From positions 44,551 to 108,550 of the forward strand of contig REEL01000088.1 of NCBI GenBank assembly GCA_007695095.1: a stretch of 64,000 nt of DNA, written 5' to 3'. Shown one piece after another: positions 24,566 to 34,350 of this stretch (the first letter of the stretch is position 1; each line of letters begins with the position of its first letter). The notes under the pieces are model-generated. The model did not search any database. It was given only the letters and a program-made list of their open reading frames with translations, and had not been told where the DNA came from. A program made the translations under genes and the position numbers. The DNA is from Chitinophagaceae bacterium. GTDB taxonomy: Bacteria > Bacteroidota > Bacteroidia > Chitinophagales > REEL01.

Positions 24566-27361
24566 TTAAAATTTATGTGACAGTCTGAGCAAAGTCAGTC
24601 TGCCCAACTTTGGCGTTCCTGCAAAACTTTGATATTCATGGTTTAAGACGTTCTGAATGTAAATGCTCAATCTGGTATTTTCAGAAAAAGGCATTCTGTA
24701 ACCTGCCTGTACATCAATAACATTAAAAGCCGGTACTTCACCTACATATGCAGCTGAATTAGCTAAAAAACGATCTTGCCAGCGCCAAAGACCGCCTACA
24801 TTCAAACCTATATTTGAAAACTGATAATCAAATCCAAATGAAGCTTTATGCTGAGGTGCATTTAACGAAATGTAGCCCCCCTGTGCGCCCTCCACCGTAA
24901 AAGTGTCTTTACTGGCATAAGAATAGGATCCAAATATTCTGAAATCATCATTTACTAAAAAGGTTAACCCAACGTCAGCACCCCAAAGATTTACACTTCC
25001 AATATTGGTATAAGTAACATACAAATCATTATCGGCAAATTCATTAAACCCAACTGTACCAAATGGAATTTGCGCTGAAGCATCTGTCAAAACAGCCGTT
25101 AAAAAAGGCCCCGGATTCGGGTCAACAAAGCTCTCTAAAAGATTTTTCAGGTTTTCATTATCCGGGTCTTCCAATGCAGCCTGAATTTCCGGCCCCAAAT
25201 AGGCAGCCATCGTTTGTGGATCAAAAAATACATTTGGAGTAACGACTACCAAGGGGCTGACAAAATCACTGATGTCAGACCAATATAAGTCTGCACTAAA
25301 CATCAGGCGGTCAAACAAAATTCCTTTATAGCCAATTTCATAAGTTTGAGTAATACTATTATTGATCGACTTTAAATCTTTTACATCATCAGGACTAACA
25401 TCTCTGAAAGGAACGTCTGACTGCTGAGTTGCTAACATCATCTTTTTCTCTACATCTTGCAGTACATTTGGTATAATATTATTTAAAATATCATCAACAA
25501 TTGACTCGGGGAATCCCTGAGCTATAAAGTTTGCTCTAACAATACCGGTAACAACATTCCAGTGAGCATTTTTCATATTTTCATCTTGTAAATCAAAAAA
25601 CTGATCACCTGTGGCTCCAACTAAAGGAGCAAATGGTGAGCGGTATTGAGGCACCCCGTTAGTTCTGCTAAAAGTAAATCCTTCTCTGTTTCCAATTGCT
25701 CTCACATTCGTTCCGGGGAAAAAGTTTTCACTTCCCAACATCCCGCCTAAACCAAATACATCCTGCGTCTGAAGAATATCCAAACTTAAGTTATTAGAGG
25801 ATGGTGACCCAAAAGCTCTGTTATAAGTAGCTCTGAACGTATGACGTGCAGTTGGCTTATAGATAATGCCTGCTCTGGGTGAAAAAAACAAATCATCAAC
25901 GAAGTTATGATAGTCCAGTCTGGTAGCTCCTACTAAAGAAAATTGCTGATTTATCTTAAAATCACCCTGTACATAGGCTCCAAATTCATCTATACCATCA
26001 CTATCTTCATTTCTACCATTAATAGTTCCATCTGTATCCGGTCTGGTAAAAAGTGCATCAACTCCATATATCAAACGTAAGCGTTCATCTACAAAATCGC
26101 TGCTATGCTGTATTTGTGCTACATATAATTTTGAACGGTCAACAATTAAATCCCCGGTTCTGGTTAAATAAGTATCTCCCGAGTTACTGGTATTTACAAA
26201 AAACTGAGTAAATAAACGACCATATCTGAAACGAGCCTGCCCATAACCATATCTCCAGTCAATTGCCTGAGCAGCTCCAATACCGGTAAGCTCAAGATTT
26301 GTGGCACTATTTAATCCTCCCGATAGAATTAACTCTGAGCGGTCGCTAAAACGATAATCTAATCGAATTTCCCCTCCGTAGTTTCGAATAAAATTTTCTA
26401 ATCTTGCCGGTAAAGCCTCACCTGTGAGCTCTCTTCCCTCCGGGGATTGTCTGCCTAAATATATCGAATCTCCTGATGGTAATTCATTTTCAGGATTTTC
26501 AAATCGCCAGTCTTGTCCCTGCATATATGAGCCGGATATTTTAATCCCTAACCTGTCATTAATCTTTGCGGCATGTCTGATGGTTGCTGTTCCAACACTT
26601 CGCTCAATACCTCCGCCAACACTTATGCTTGTTTCAAAGTCATCTTCCATATCTAATGGAGAACGTGTAATGATATGCATTACACCTGATGCACTATTTG
26701 GTCCGTACAAAGCCGAAGCCGGTCCGCGCAGCACTTCAATCCGCTCAATATCATCGTCTACATTGGGTATCATTTGATAAGCATTAACCCTTAGAGAAGG
26801 TACTCTGGCAATTCTGTTATCTACTATTGTTAAAATAGAGCCCGAAAAAATATTATTAAAACCTCTTGAAGCAACATCACTGGAAACTAAACCGGTATTT
26901 ACGATGTCTATGCCGGGAACTGTTTTCAGGTTGTCAATCGGACTTAAGGCTATGTTGTTTTCTATTTCACGCTGTCCTAAAACGGTTATACTCGCCGGAG
27001 CATCCAAAATCTTTTCCTGTCTTCTGGACGCACTCACAATAACCGGATTTAAATCTATATCAGAATCCTGTAAAATGATGTTCCGGGTGACATTATTAGA
27101 ACTGGAAAGTATGACCACTTCCTGCTCCTGATGCCCGATAAATCGAAAAACTACAGTTGTAGTTTCCTGACGAGGAATCCGAAGGGTATAATTTCCATCA
27201 AAATCAGAAGTTGTACCTGTGGTGGTTCCCTTAATGACTATGTTTACCCCTGCCAGTGGCTCATTAAAAGTATTTGTAACCTTTCCGCTAAGCTCAATTT
27301 GCTCGGCAAATAAGGAGTAAACCGTAAAAAAAGATAATAGGATGGTTAAGTTAAGTTTCAT
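24566..27361 (-). CDS. TonB-dependent receptor with N-terminal carboxypeptidase-regulatory-like domain
   Basis: 931 aa. Signal peptide, then GKVTNTFNEPLAGVNIVIKGTTTGTTSDFDGNY (CarbopepD_reg-like). Plug motifs (IERIEVLRGPASALYG), a long beta-barrel and a terminal Phe. Confidence 0.9.
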   Translation of the reverse strand: MKLNLTILLSFFTVYSLFAEQIELSGKVTNTFNEPLAGVNIVIKGTTTGTTSDFDGNYTLRIPRQETTTVVFRFIGHQEQEVVILSSSNNVTRNIILQDSDIDLNPVIVSASRRQEKILDAPASITVLGQREIENNIALSPIDNLKTVPGIDIVNTGLVSSDVASRGFNNIFSGSILTIVDNRIARVPSLRVNAYQMIPNVDDDIERIEVLRGPASALYGPNSASGVMHIITRSPLDMEDDFETSISVGGGIERSVGTATIRHAAKINDRLGIKISGSYMQGQDWRFENPENELPSGDSIYLGRQSPEGRELTGEALPARLENFIRNYGGEIRLDYRFSDRSELILSGGLNSATNLELTGIGAAQAIDWRYGYGQARFRYGRLFTQFFVNTSNSGDTYLTRTGDLIVDRSKLYVAQIQHSSDFVDERLRLIYGVDALFTRPDTDGTINGRNEDSDGIDEFGAYVQGDFKINQQFSLVGATRLDYHNFVDDLFFSPRAGIIYKPTARHTFRATYNRAFGSPSSNNLSLDILQTQDVFGLGGMLGSENFFPGTNVRAIGNREGFTFSRTNGVPQYRSPFAPLVGATGDQFFDLQDENMKNAHWNVVTGIVRANFIAQGFPESIVDDILNNIIPNVLQDVEKKMMLATQQSDVPFRDVSPDDVKDLKSINNSITQTYEIGYKGILFDRLMFSADLYWSDISDFVSPLVVVTPNVFFDPQTMAAYLGPEIQAALEDPDNENLKNLLESFVDPNPGPFLTAVLTDASAQIPFGTVGFNEFADNDLYVTYTNIGSVNLWGADVGLTFLVNDDFRIFGSYSYASKDTFTVEGAQGGYISLNAPQHKASFGFDYQFSNIGLNVGGLWRWQDRFLANSAAYVGEVPAFNVIDVQAGYRMPFSENTRLSIYIQNVLNHEYQSFAGTPKLGRLTLLRLSHKF

Positions 27362-27564
27362 AATTTTTGTTTTAGTTGGCTATAAATTTAGAATAATTTT
27401 TTTTTTCAGCTAACTTTCACTATTTAAATCTTAAAGAAATTTTTATTTATAAAGAAGCTTACACTAAGACTATCCTTTGAAAAAATAATTTCATGGTTTT
27501 TATTTCATTCCTTAATCTTTTGTAAAAAAAACTTTAAGTTCGCTTTGCACTTGATTTTTGATTA

Positions 27565-28887
27565 TTGATTCTAATTATAATGCTAAAAAAAATACCATTA
27601 CATATACAAATTTTAGTGGCATTACTGGCCGGTGCTTTTTTTGGAATAGCTGCGGCTTATTTAAATCTTCAACAATTTACCAAAGACTACATCAGCCCGT
27701 TCGGGACAATTTTTGTAAATGTTCTGACTTTGATTGCCGTCCCCTTGATTTTAGCTTCATTGATAAAAGGCATTTCCAGCTTAACAGATATAGCTAAATT
27801 ATCCAGAATTGGCACCAAATCGGTCAGTCTTTATCTGATATCTACCGTAATTGCAATAACCATTGGTCTTTTAACTGTCAATGTTTTAAAGCCCGGTGAA
27901 GCTTTTTCTGAAGAAAGGAGAGCAGAATTCAATGAGCTTTATGGTGTAAGTGCCGAAGAAAGAGCCATAAGAGCTGAGGAAGTCAGAGATGATGGTCCTT
28001 TGCAGTTTTTAGTTGATATAGTCCCCAGTAATATTTTTCACTCATTTCAGGACAATACTAAAATGCTGCAGGTAATCTTTTTTGCCTTTTTATTTGGGAT
28101 TTGTTTGGTCCTGCTGCCCCACGAAAAAGTCCGGCCGGTCAAAGAGTTCATTGACGGATTTAATGAGGTAATTCTCAAAATGGTTGATCTTATAATGAAA
28201 GCAGCACCCTATGGTGTTTTTGCACTAATGGCTTCATTAATTACAGATTTTGCAGGAGACAAGCCTGAGGAAGCTATAGAGCTTTTACAAGTTTTAGGAT
28301 TTTATACCTTTACAGCCATACTGGGTCTTTCTTTTATGATGTTTTTGGTTTATCCCTTGGTATTACTGTTTTTTACCAAAACTAATTACCTTGATTTTCT
28401 TAAAGGCATCGGACCTGCCCAAATGCTTGCCTTTTCTACAAGTAGTAGCGCTGCTGCTCTTCCGGTTACTATGAAAAGATGCGAAACTGAATTAGGAGTA
28501 TCTAAAGAAATTTCAAGCTTTGTACTGCCTTTAGGAGCAACTATAAATATGGACGGAACCAGCCTTTATCAGGCTGTGGCTGCCGTTTTTATTGCCCAGG
28601 CCTTTGGCATGGACCTGAATTTAACACAACAATTAACCATAGTTTTAACTGCTACTTTAGCCTCTATAGGTGCTGCTGCTGTACCCGGTGCCGGCATAGT
28701 TATGCTCGTAATTGTTTTGCAATCTATTGGCCTGGAGGCAGATGGAATTGCACTCATTTTAGCTGTCGACCGAATTATAGATATGTGCAGAACCAGTGTA
28801 AACGTAACGGGAGACGCAACAATCGCCATGTTGGTCGCAAAAAGTGAAAATTCTTTAATTGAAAATAAAAATGCAAAAAATGAGTAA
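27565..28887 (+). CDS. Dicarboxylate/amino acid:cation symporter (DAACS family); likely start ATG 27580
   Basis: About 435 aa, polytopic. Family motifs SSSAALPVTM, PLGATINMDGTSLYQ, AAAVPGAG and DRIIDMCRTSVNVTGD. Confidence 0.9.
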   Translation: MILIIMLKKIPLHIQILVALLAGAFFGIAAAYLNLQQFTKDYISPFGTIFVNVLTLIAVPLILASLIKGISSLTDIAKLSRIGTKSVSLYLISTVIAITIGLLTVNVLKPGEAFSEERRAEFNELYGVSAEERAIRAEEVRDDGPLQFLVDIVPSNIFHSFQDNTKMLQVIFFAFLFGICLVLLPHEKVRPVKEFIDGFNEVILKMVDLIMKAAPYGVFALMASLITDFAGDKPEEAIELLQVLGFYTFTAILGLSFMMFLVYPLVLLFFTKTNYLDFLKGIGPAQMLAFSTSSSAAALPVTMKRCETELGVSKEISSFVLPLGATINMDGTSLYQAVAAVFIAQAFGMDLNLTQQLTIVLTATLASIGAAAVPGAGIVMLVIVLQSIGLEADGIALILAVDRIIDMCRTSVNVTGDATIAMLVAKSENSLIENKNAKNE

Positions 28888-29602
28888 AAAAACATTCGTT
28901 TATTTAACCGGACACTCCAAAGGAATAGGAAAAAATATTTGTGAATCTCTTTTTCAGCAAGATGAAAACATTTTTATTCACGGAATTTCAAGAACAGAAA
29001 AGTGGAAGCATGAAAGATTAAAAACAACTCTTATGGATTTGTCCCATCCGGATAAATTTAATACAGGTATTTTTGAAAAACATAATGATGCTTCTAAAAT
29101 CGTTTTAGTAAATAATGCCGGCATGCTGGGAGATATGAACAGGGTTGGAAGTTTAAGCAGCGATTCTATTCAGAAAACAGTTATGCTGAATTTTACATCT
29201 GCTCTGCTTTTAACAAACGATTTTCTGAAATTTTACAAAGATCATCCCGCCCAAAAACTTATTGTAAATGTTTCAACCGGAGTTACAAACTATCCAATAG
29301 ACGGCTGGAGTCTTTACTGCTCCACAAAGGCCGGACTTGAAATGTTTTGCAGGGTAATTGATAAAGAATTAGAATTAGACAATCGAAAAGATGTTAAGCT
29401 GTTTTCAATTGCGCCGGGTAAAATTGATACGGATATGCAGGGAGAAATCAGAAAAGCAGATCCAAAAGGTTTTTCAATGGTCAATGATTTTATCTCTTAT
29501 AAGGAGAAGGGGGAATTGGTTTCTGCTGAAGAAACCGGAAAGCGTTTTGCTGATTTAATTCTTAAACCGGATAGCAGAAAAAAACTTATTGATCACTTTT
29601 AG
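28859..29602 (+). CDS. SDR-family short-chain oxidoreductase; likely start ATG 28871 or 28880
   Basis: Glycine-rich TGHSKGIGK, NNAG, catalytic YCSTKAGLE (YxxxK) and IAPGKIDTDM. The start overlaps the end of the symporter gene. Confidence 0.85.
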   Translation: MKIKMQKMSKKTFVYLTGHSKGIGKNICESLFQQDENIFIHGISRTEKWKHERLKTTLMDLSHPDKFNTGIFEKHNDASKIVLVNNAGMLGDMNRVGSLSSDSIQKTVMLNFTSALLLTNDFLKFYKDHPAQKLIVNVSTGVTNYPIDGWSLYCSTKAGLEMFCRVIDKELELDNRKDVKLFSIAPGKIDTDMQGEIRKADPKGFSMVNDFISYKEKGELVSAEETGKRFADLILKPDSRKKLIDHF

Positions 29603-31724
29603 ATTTATTATAGTTTAAATCAAAGCGAAAACCGGCAGTAAAATATCTCCCGGGGGCCGGCTGAAAATATCTGCCACCAAAAGCATTTAAATCATTTCCC
29701 AAACTATAGACTCTGTCGGCTATATTTTCAACGCCGGCATGCAAGCTAAATCCGAAGTTGTTACTCATTTTCAGATTCCAAATCACTTTTGCATTAAATA
29801 AATGATACGACTGCTGAAAATCTGTATTAGCATCATTTAACGGCACTTCATCAGTATAAAAATGAGCCAAATGTAAAGATAAGTCATTGGCAAAATGAAT
29901 TCTGAGATAATTCGATACACTATGCGGGGAAACACCGGTAAGTGAATTTCCGGAATAGTCATTCCCGTTTACCCGATATTCATTATAGGTAAAAAAATGA
30001 CCGTTGTAAGTATGACCTAATTCAAAATAATCTAAAAACCCTCTTACCGGCAGTTTATAACTGACTGCCAATTCTACACCATATTGATCAGTTGAACCGG
30101 CATTTCTAAATAATACCACCCCATCTTCATTCGTAAAAGTACTTATAGTTTCATCCAGATTGAAATAAAAAAGTGAGCCGTCTATGTTAAGAAAATCCTG
30201 AAACAGAGCCGAACGTACCCCTAATTCATAATTTAAACCCCTTTCAGGTAGTAAAACTTCATTCAAACTCCCTTCATTTGTTCTCAATTCGTCAAATGTG
30301 GGCGGGGAATAGCCGGAACTAAAAGAAAAATAAGTAAACAATGATGGTGCCGGCTGAAAACCAATAGCAGCTCTGGGCACTATGATAGCATCGTAGTTTC
30401 TGTTGTAATCATAGGTTGTATTTAACTGCGCATCAACGTTTCTTTGCATTCTGTACCTCAGAAAGTTTTCACTCAAACCTATATTTAAGGAAAGTCTCTC
30501 TGTTAAGTCTAATTCCAGTTGTTGAAAAAGAAATGCCTCAGTAACATTTAAATTATCACTAAAGCGGATAGAGTCTATATTTCCATCTATATTTCCATAG
30601 TTATCCGCAAACTTTTTTCCGTATAAATACTCCCCTCCAAAAATAAATCGATACGGAAGATTAAAAACTGAATTTTCCAATGTAAAAGATGTTCTCAGAC
30701 CGGCATTAAAGGAAAGTTCTTTTTTATAATCCAGAATGAAAGGGTGATCAAAATCTATGGTATTTACATATAAAGTTGTGGTATTGCTGAAATTTGGAGC
30801 AAAGGAATAAAAATGATTAACTCCTCCCATTAACAAACGCTGATGGATAGAAGAATTTTGTTCCGCACTCCCCTGTCTTGCCTGAAAAGGGTCTTCAGAA
30901 AATTCACTTTCATTTAATCCTCCCGGAATTTCGTACTGTAAATCTGAGTATAAAAGATGAAAATTAACAGATTGCCTGTCGCTTACGATTAGGTTTTTGT
31001 TAATATTGGCAACTGTTCTTTGAAGTGTATTGTGGTCTCTGTGACCCTGAGTATTGTGATGATAAAGATTAGCCTGAATCGAAGAGTTTTGCATCTTATG
31101 AAACCACTCTACTCCAAAACGATAAGTATCAAAGCTCCCGCCTCCAAAACTCAAAGAAAGTTGATCCTGTTTTTTCTTTTCAGTATTCAATAAAATAACC
31201 CCACCAGTACCGGCTCCATACATACTGCCTGCCGGTCCTTTTATCACCTGAACATCATCAATATTTTGAAAGTCTAAAGCATTAAAAGGTGTTGTCCCGT
31301 CCGGTAAAGTAAGAGGTAAGCCATTCCAATAGATTTTAATATTCCTTACTCCAAATGGAGAGCGTAACGAACTGCCTCTAATTGAAATTCTGTAACTTGC
31401 CTGAGCCCTTTGCTCAAAACGAACTCCTGAAAGTGTATTAAATGAATGTATTACTGAGGTAGAATTGTTAGCCTCTAAGTTTTCTTTACTAAGTCTTACA
31501 ACCGGTGCCGCCTGACTAAAATCCGGCCTTGAAGATTCATAAGCAGTAATTTGCACCTCATCCAAAACTACGGTATCTGACTCTGTAAAGATAGTATCTG
31601 ATACTTCAACTTTACTTTTTTCATTTACCGCATTCGCAAAAAAAGGAACAAATAGGCTATAGGCAAATAATAGTAAAAATAATTTAAATCGCCTGATGCG
31701 AAAGGTATTTATCATGTATGTCAT
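29586..31724 (-). CDS. TonB-dependent receptor (small, siderophore/metal-type architecture)
   Basis: 712 aa. Signal peptide and plug motifs (GVRFEQRAQASYRISIRGS, VQVIKGPAGSMYGAGTGGVILL), then a beta-barrel with alternating aromatic pattern. Its 3' end overlaps the SDR gene convergently by 17 nt. Confidence 0.88.
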   Translation of the reverse strand: MTYMINTFRIRRFKLFLLLFAYSLFVPFFANAVNEKSKVEVSDTIFTESDTVVLDEVQITAYESSRPDFSQAAPVVRLSKENLEANNSTSVIHSFNTLSGVRFEQRAQASYRISIRGSSLRSPFGVRNIKIYWNGLPLTLPDGTTPFNALDFQNIDDVQVIKGPAGSMYGAGTGGVILLNTEKKKQDQLSLSFGGGSFDTYRFGVEWFHKMQNSSIQANLYHHNTQGHRDHNTLQRTVANINKNLIVSDRQSVNFHLLYSDLQYEIPGGLNESEFSEDPFQARQGSAEQNSSIHQRLLMGGVNHFYSFAPNFSNTTTLYVNTIDFDHPFILDYKKELSFNAGLRTSFTLENSVFNLPYRFIFGGEYLYGKKFADNYGNIDGNIDSIRFSDNLNVTEAFLFQQLELDLTERLSLNIGLSENFLRYRMQRNVDAQLNTTYDYNRNYDAIIVPRAAIGFQPAPSLFTYFSFSSGYSPPTFDELRTNEGSLNEVLLPERGLNYELGVRSALFQDFLNIDGSLFYFNLDETISTFTNEDGVVLFRNAGSTDQYGVELAVSYKLPVRGFLDYFELGHTYNGHFFTYNEYRVNGNDYSGNSLTGVSPHSVSNYLRIHFANDLSLHLAHFYTDEVPLNDANTDFQQSYHLFNAKVIWNLKMSNNFGFSLHAGVENIADRVYSLGNDLNAFGGRYFQPAPGRYFTAGFRFDLNYNKSKSDQ

Positions 31725-31796
31725 ATAAACTTATAAAAGCAACACTTATACGAACATAATGTTTTTGAAAATATTCAGTTATTAAATTTCAATTTT

Positions 31797-31907
31797 TCAA
31801 TAAATTACCGGTACAATTTCGCAGTATAGAGTATAAACGAAATAAATCAAGATTGCTATCACTATAAAGATAACTAAAGCATAAATATTTTTTCTTATAA
31901 AACTCAT
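31797..31907 (-). CDS. Possible 36-aa single-TM micro-ORF upstream of the TonB-dependent receptor
   Basis: Manual translation gives MSFIRKNIYALVIFIVIAILIYFVYTLYCEIVPVIY. It is in frame from ATG 31907 to TGA 31797-31799, 72 nt upstream of the receptor ATG. No homology recognised. Confidence 0.2.
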   Translation of the reverse strand: MSFIRKNIYALVIFIVIAILIYFVYTLYCEIVPVIY

Positions 31908-32157
31908 CTTATTTGATTTACTGAAGCATTTATACCTAATACGTTTTGTTTATATTACGGTTGCATTAAAAAAAGAGTTAACTTTACACTTTTGATGAAA
32001 TATGGTGTATTGAAATTAACGCAATAAGACATCAATTGATTGATTATCAAATTTTTAAAGAAGTAAAATAGGAAATTTCAGAAGGAAAAATTTCCACAAA
32101 TAATATATAACAAAACAAATATTTTTCTATTTTTAATAAAATAAAAATGCAAGCTTC

Positions 32158-34068
32158 ATGAATTTTGATAAAAACTGTTTTTTATGTATTGTGATTACTG
32201 TTTGCAGTTTGCTAAGTATTAATGTACAGGCGCAGTTTGATATACCCGAACCAATAATTAATACCGGTTCTTACACTATAACTGATACTGTATATATGTC
32301 TCCTATAGGCGATGACAGCAATCCGGGAACCTTTAGTGAACCGGTTAAAAGTTTTAATACTGCTCTTCAAAAACTTCCTTTTGGAGTAGCCGGAGTTAAC
32401 AATGGAAATGCTTACGGGCTAATTATGCTTAAGGAGGGTTTCTATGAAACGCATACCGGTTTTCTGCAAAGCATTAGTAATTTTCAAAGTGGAAATACTT
32501 TTAAAAATGTAAGTATTGAAGGAATAGGTGAAGTTATTATTGGAGGAACTGTAGATTCTTTTGCAAACGGACATTTATTGAGACTTTTGGGAAACCATAT
32601 CTTTATTAAAAATATCAAACTCAGATATTCTCACGGGATAGGCTTACTTTTAAACAGGCCTTCAGGATTAACAAGTCGACAAAACAATGTACTTATTGAG
32701 AATGTACAGGTTGATAGTGTAGGAAATTTCTCTATGTTACTGAGTGGTATCGATACTGTTTTAGTTAGACATTCAGGTTCTTATTATTCCAGCAGACCAT
32801 TCAAAGACAGTTTAACTACTCCTTGTCAATGGCCAAGCGGTATTAAGTTTTTAAACAGCCGGGATTGTATAATTCATGACTCTGAAATAGCTTATACCAG
32901 AGGCGAAGGATTAAATTTTCAAAATAGCCTTAGAGGAAAGGCATACAACAACACTCTCCGTGATAACGGCTTGAATTTTTACAATGACAACTCAGCAAAA
33001 CTAATTGTTAGAAACAACCACATATATAACACTCCCGGTATTGGTGAGGTGTATTGGAGAAATTGTCCTGCCGATACAACTAAGGTGTTATCCGGCACCG
33101 GTATATTAATTGCTAATGAAGGTTCGTGTAATAGTGGCAGCGCACCGGTTTTTGAGAACTGTATGACTAAATGCATCTTACCGGATGAATTTATCCGAAA
33201 TGTTGATAGCATGTTTGTCTACAACAATATTTTTCAAAATAATGGCAGAAGCATTTCTTTTTGGCAGGGTGAAACCGACCACGTTGGTGTAAATTGTGTT
33301 AGAAATGTATTCATCTTTAACAATACCATAATAGGCAGCCTTGGTAGTACAGAGGCTTCCAATTCGGGCATGGTACATGTTTTTTACCCCAGCTATAACG
33401 CATTATTCAACAATTTTTACGGCACCTTAGATAATATCCATATTTCTCATAACATTATATCTTATGACACGGCGGTATATAAAAATATCACTCCTGTCAG
33501 AAAAGTGCTTCATAATTTTCATCCGGGACCGCTTGATATTCAGTTTGGGTATAACTTATGGGTAAGAAATCATCAATATCTTGGCACAAACAGCATAGTA
33601 AGAAGTGAATTACCGGCTGAATTACCATTGTTAAAAGATACTTTAAACAAAATTACTCCCTGCGATGAGAATTTAGTTTTTGTTTATGAAGCGCCAAGAG
33701 CATTTGATTTTTTAACAAAAGATTATTTAGGTAATGAAAGGACTGAATTCACAAATGTGGGTGCTTTAGAGTACGAAGACAATTGTAACTTACATTATAA
33801 CATCTCTCCCCCTTTACAAAATGAAACGGATATCCTAATTTACCCGAACCCTTGCCTGAATTGCAGCTCAATTAAAATAAACGGGCTTAGCAATTCAAAT
33901 CAATATTACTATCAACTGTTTACTATACAAGGCAGGCGTTTATCTCAGGGGTTGATAAAAAACCATCAAATAGAAATGCCTCTTGCCGGAAATGGAATTC
34001 ATTTGCTTTATATTATGAATGAAAACAAAAAAACGGTACACAAACTTGTAATAAAAAACCATTTTTAA
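32158..34068 (+). CDS. Right-handed parallel beta-helix protein with T9SS type A sorting domain
   Basis: 636 aa with a signal peptide. Repeated beta-helix rungs (NVLIENVQVDS, CIIHDSEIAYT, LIVRNNHIYNT, MFVYNNIFQNN, VFIFNNTIIG). C-terminus IYPNPC...IHLLYIMNENKKTVHKLVI. Confidence 0.8.
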   Translation: MNFDKNCFLCIVITVCSLLSINVQAQFDIPEPIINTGSYTITDTVYMSPIGDDSNPGTFSEPVKSFNTALQKLPFGVAGVNNGNAYGLIMLKEGFYETHTGFLQSISNFQSGNTFKNVSIEGIGEVIIGGTVDSFANGHLLRLLGNHIFIKNIKLRYSHGIGLLLNRPSGLTSRQNNVLIENVQVDSVGNFSMLLSGIDTVLVRHSGSYYSSRPFKDSLTTPCQWPSGIKFLNSRDCIIHDSEIAYTRGEGLNFQNSLRGKAYNNTLRDNGLNFYNDNSAKLIVRNNHIYNTPGIGEVYWRNCPADTTKVLSGTGILIANEGSCNSGSAPVFENCMTKCILPDEFIRNVDSMFVYNNIFQNNGRSISFWQGETDHVGVNCVRNVFIFNNTIIGSLGSTEASNSGMVHVFYPSYNALFNNFYGTLDNIHISHNIISYDTAVYKNITPVRKVLHNFHPGPLDIQFGYNLWVRNHQYLGTNSIVRSELPAELPLLKDTLNKITPCDENLVFVYEAPRAFDFLTKDYLGNERTEFTNVGALEYEDNCNLHYNISPPLQNETDILIYPNPCLNCSSIKINGLSNSNQYYYQLFTIQGRRLSQGLIKNHQIEMPLAGNGIHLLYIMNENKKTVHKLVIKNHF

Positions 34069-34350
34069 AATACTGAAAGAATATTTTAAGCAAAAAATCA
34101 AAAAATCTGTTCTCCGGGAGTTAAATTATATTTCACAATCTATAAAAAAGTAATTTATCTTACGTAGATTATACAGAATGCTTGTCAGCAAAGAGTAAAA
34201 GCAAGAAAAAAAATTAAATAAATCTTCATTTTTAAACTTTTTCTACCGAATATAAGTTAAAATAAGTTCGTTAAATGGGTGTAAATTTTGAAATTATGAA
34301 TATTTGGCGTTTACTTTGCACAGAATTTCGATAACAGAACAAACATAATT

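Noticed and set aside
26424-27313. Antisense ORFs inside the TonB-dependent receptor gene. Similar antisense ORFs occur at 5160-6386, 7604-8363, 10044-11127, 16942-17326, 18884-20113, 21090-21584, 28569-28895, 32979-33378, 34509-36201, 47621-50138, 55018-55248, 56554-56831 and 62770-62994.
   Set aside because: They are fully embedded antisense to long, well-supported genes, have low-complexity or odd composition, and show no motifs.
27558-27797. Track ORF of 79 aa overlapping the start of the symporter gene in another frame
   Set aside because: The overlapping frame encodes a clear DAACS transporter. The 79-aa frame has no features and begins at a non-ATG codon.
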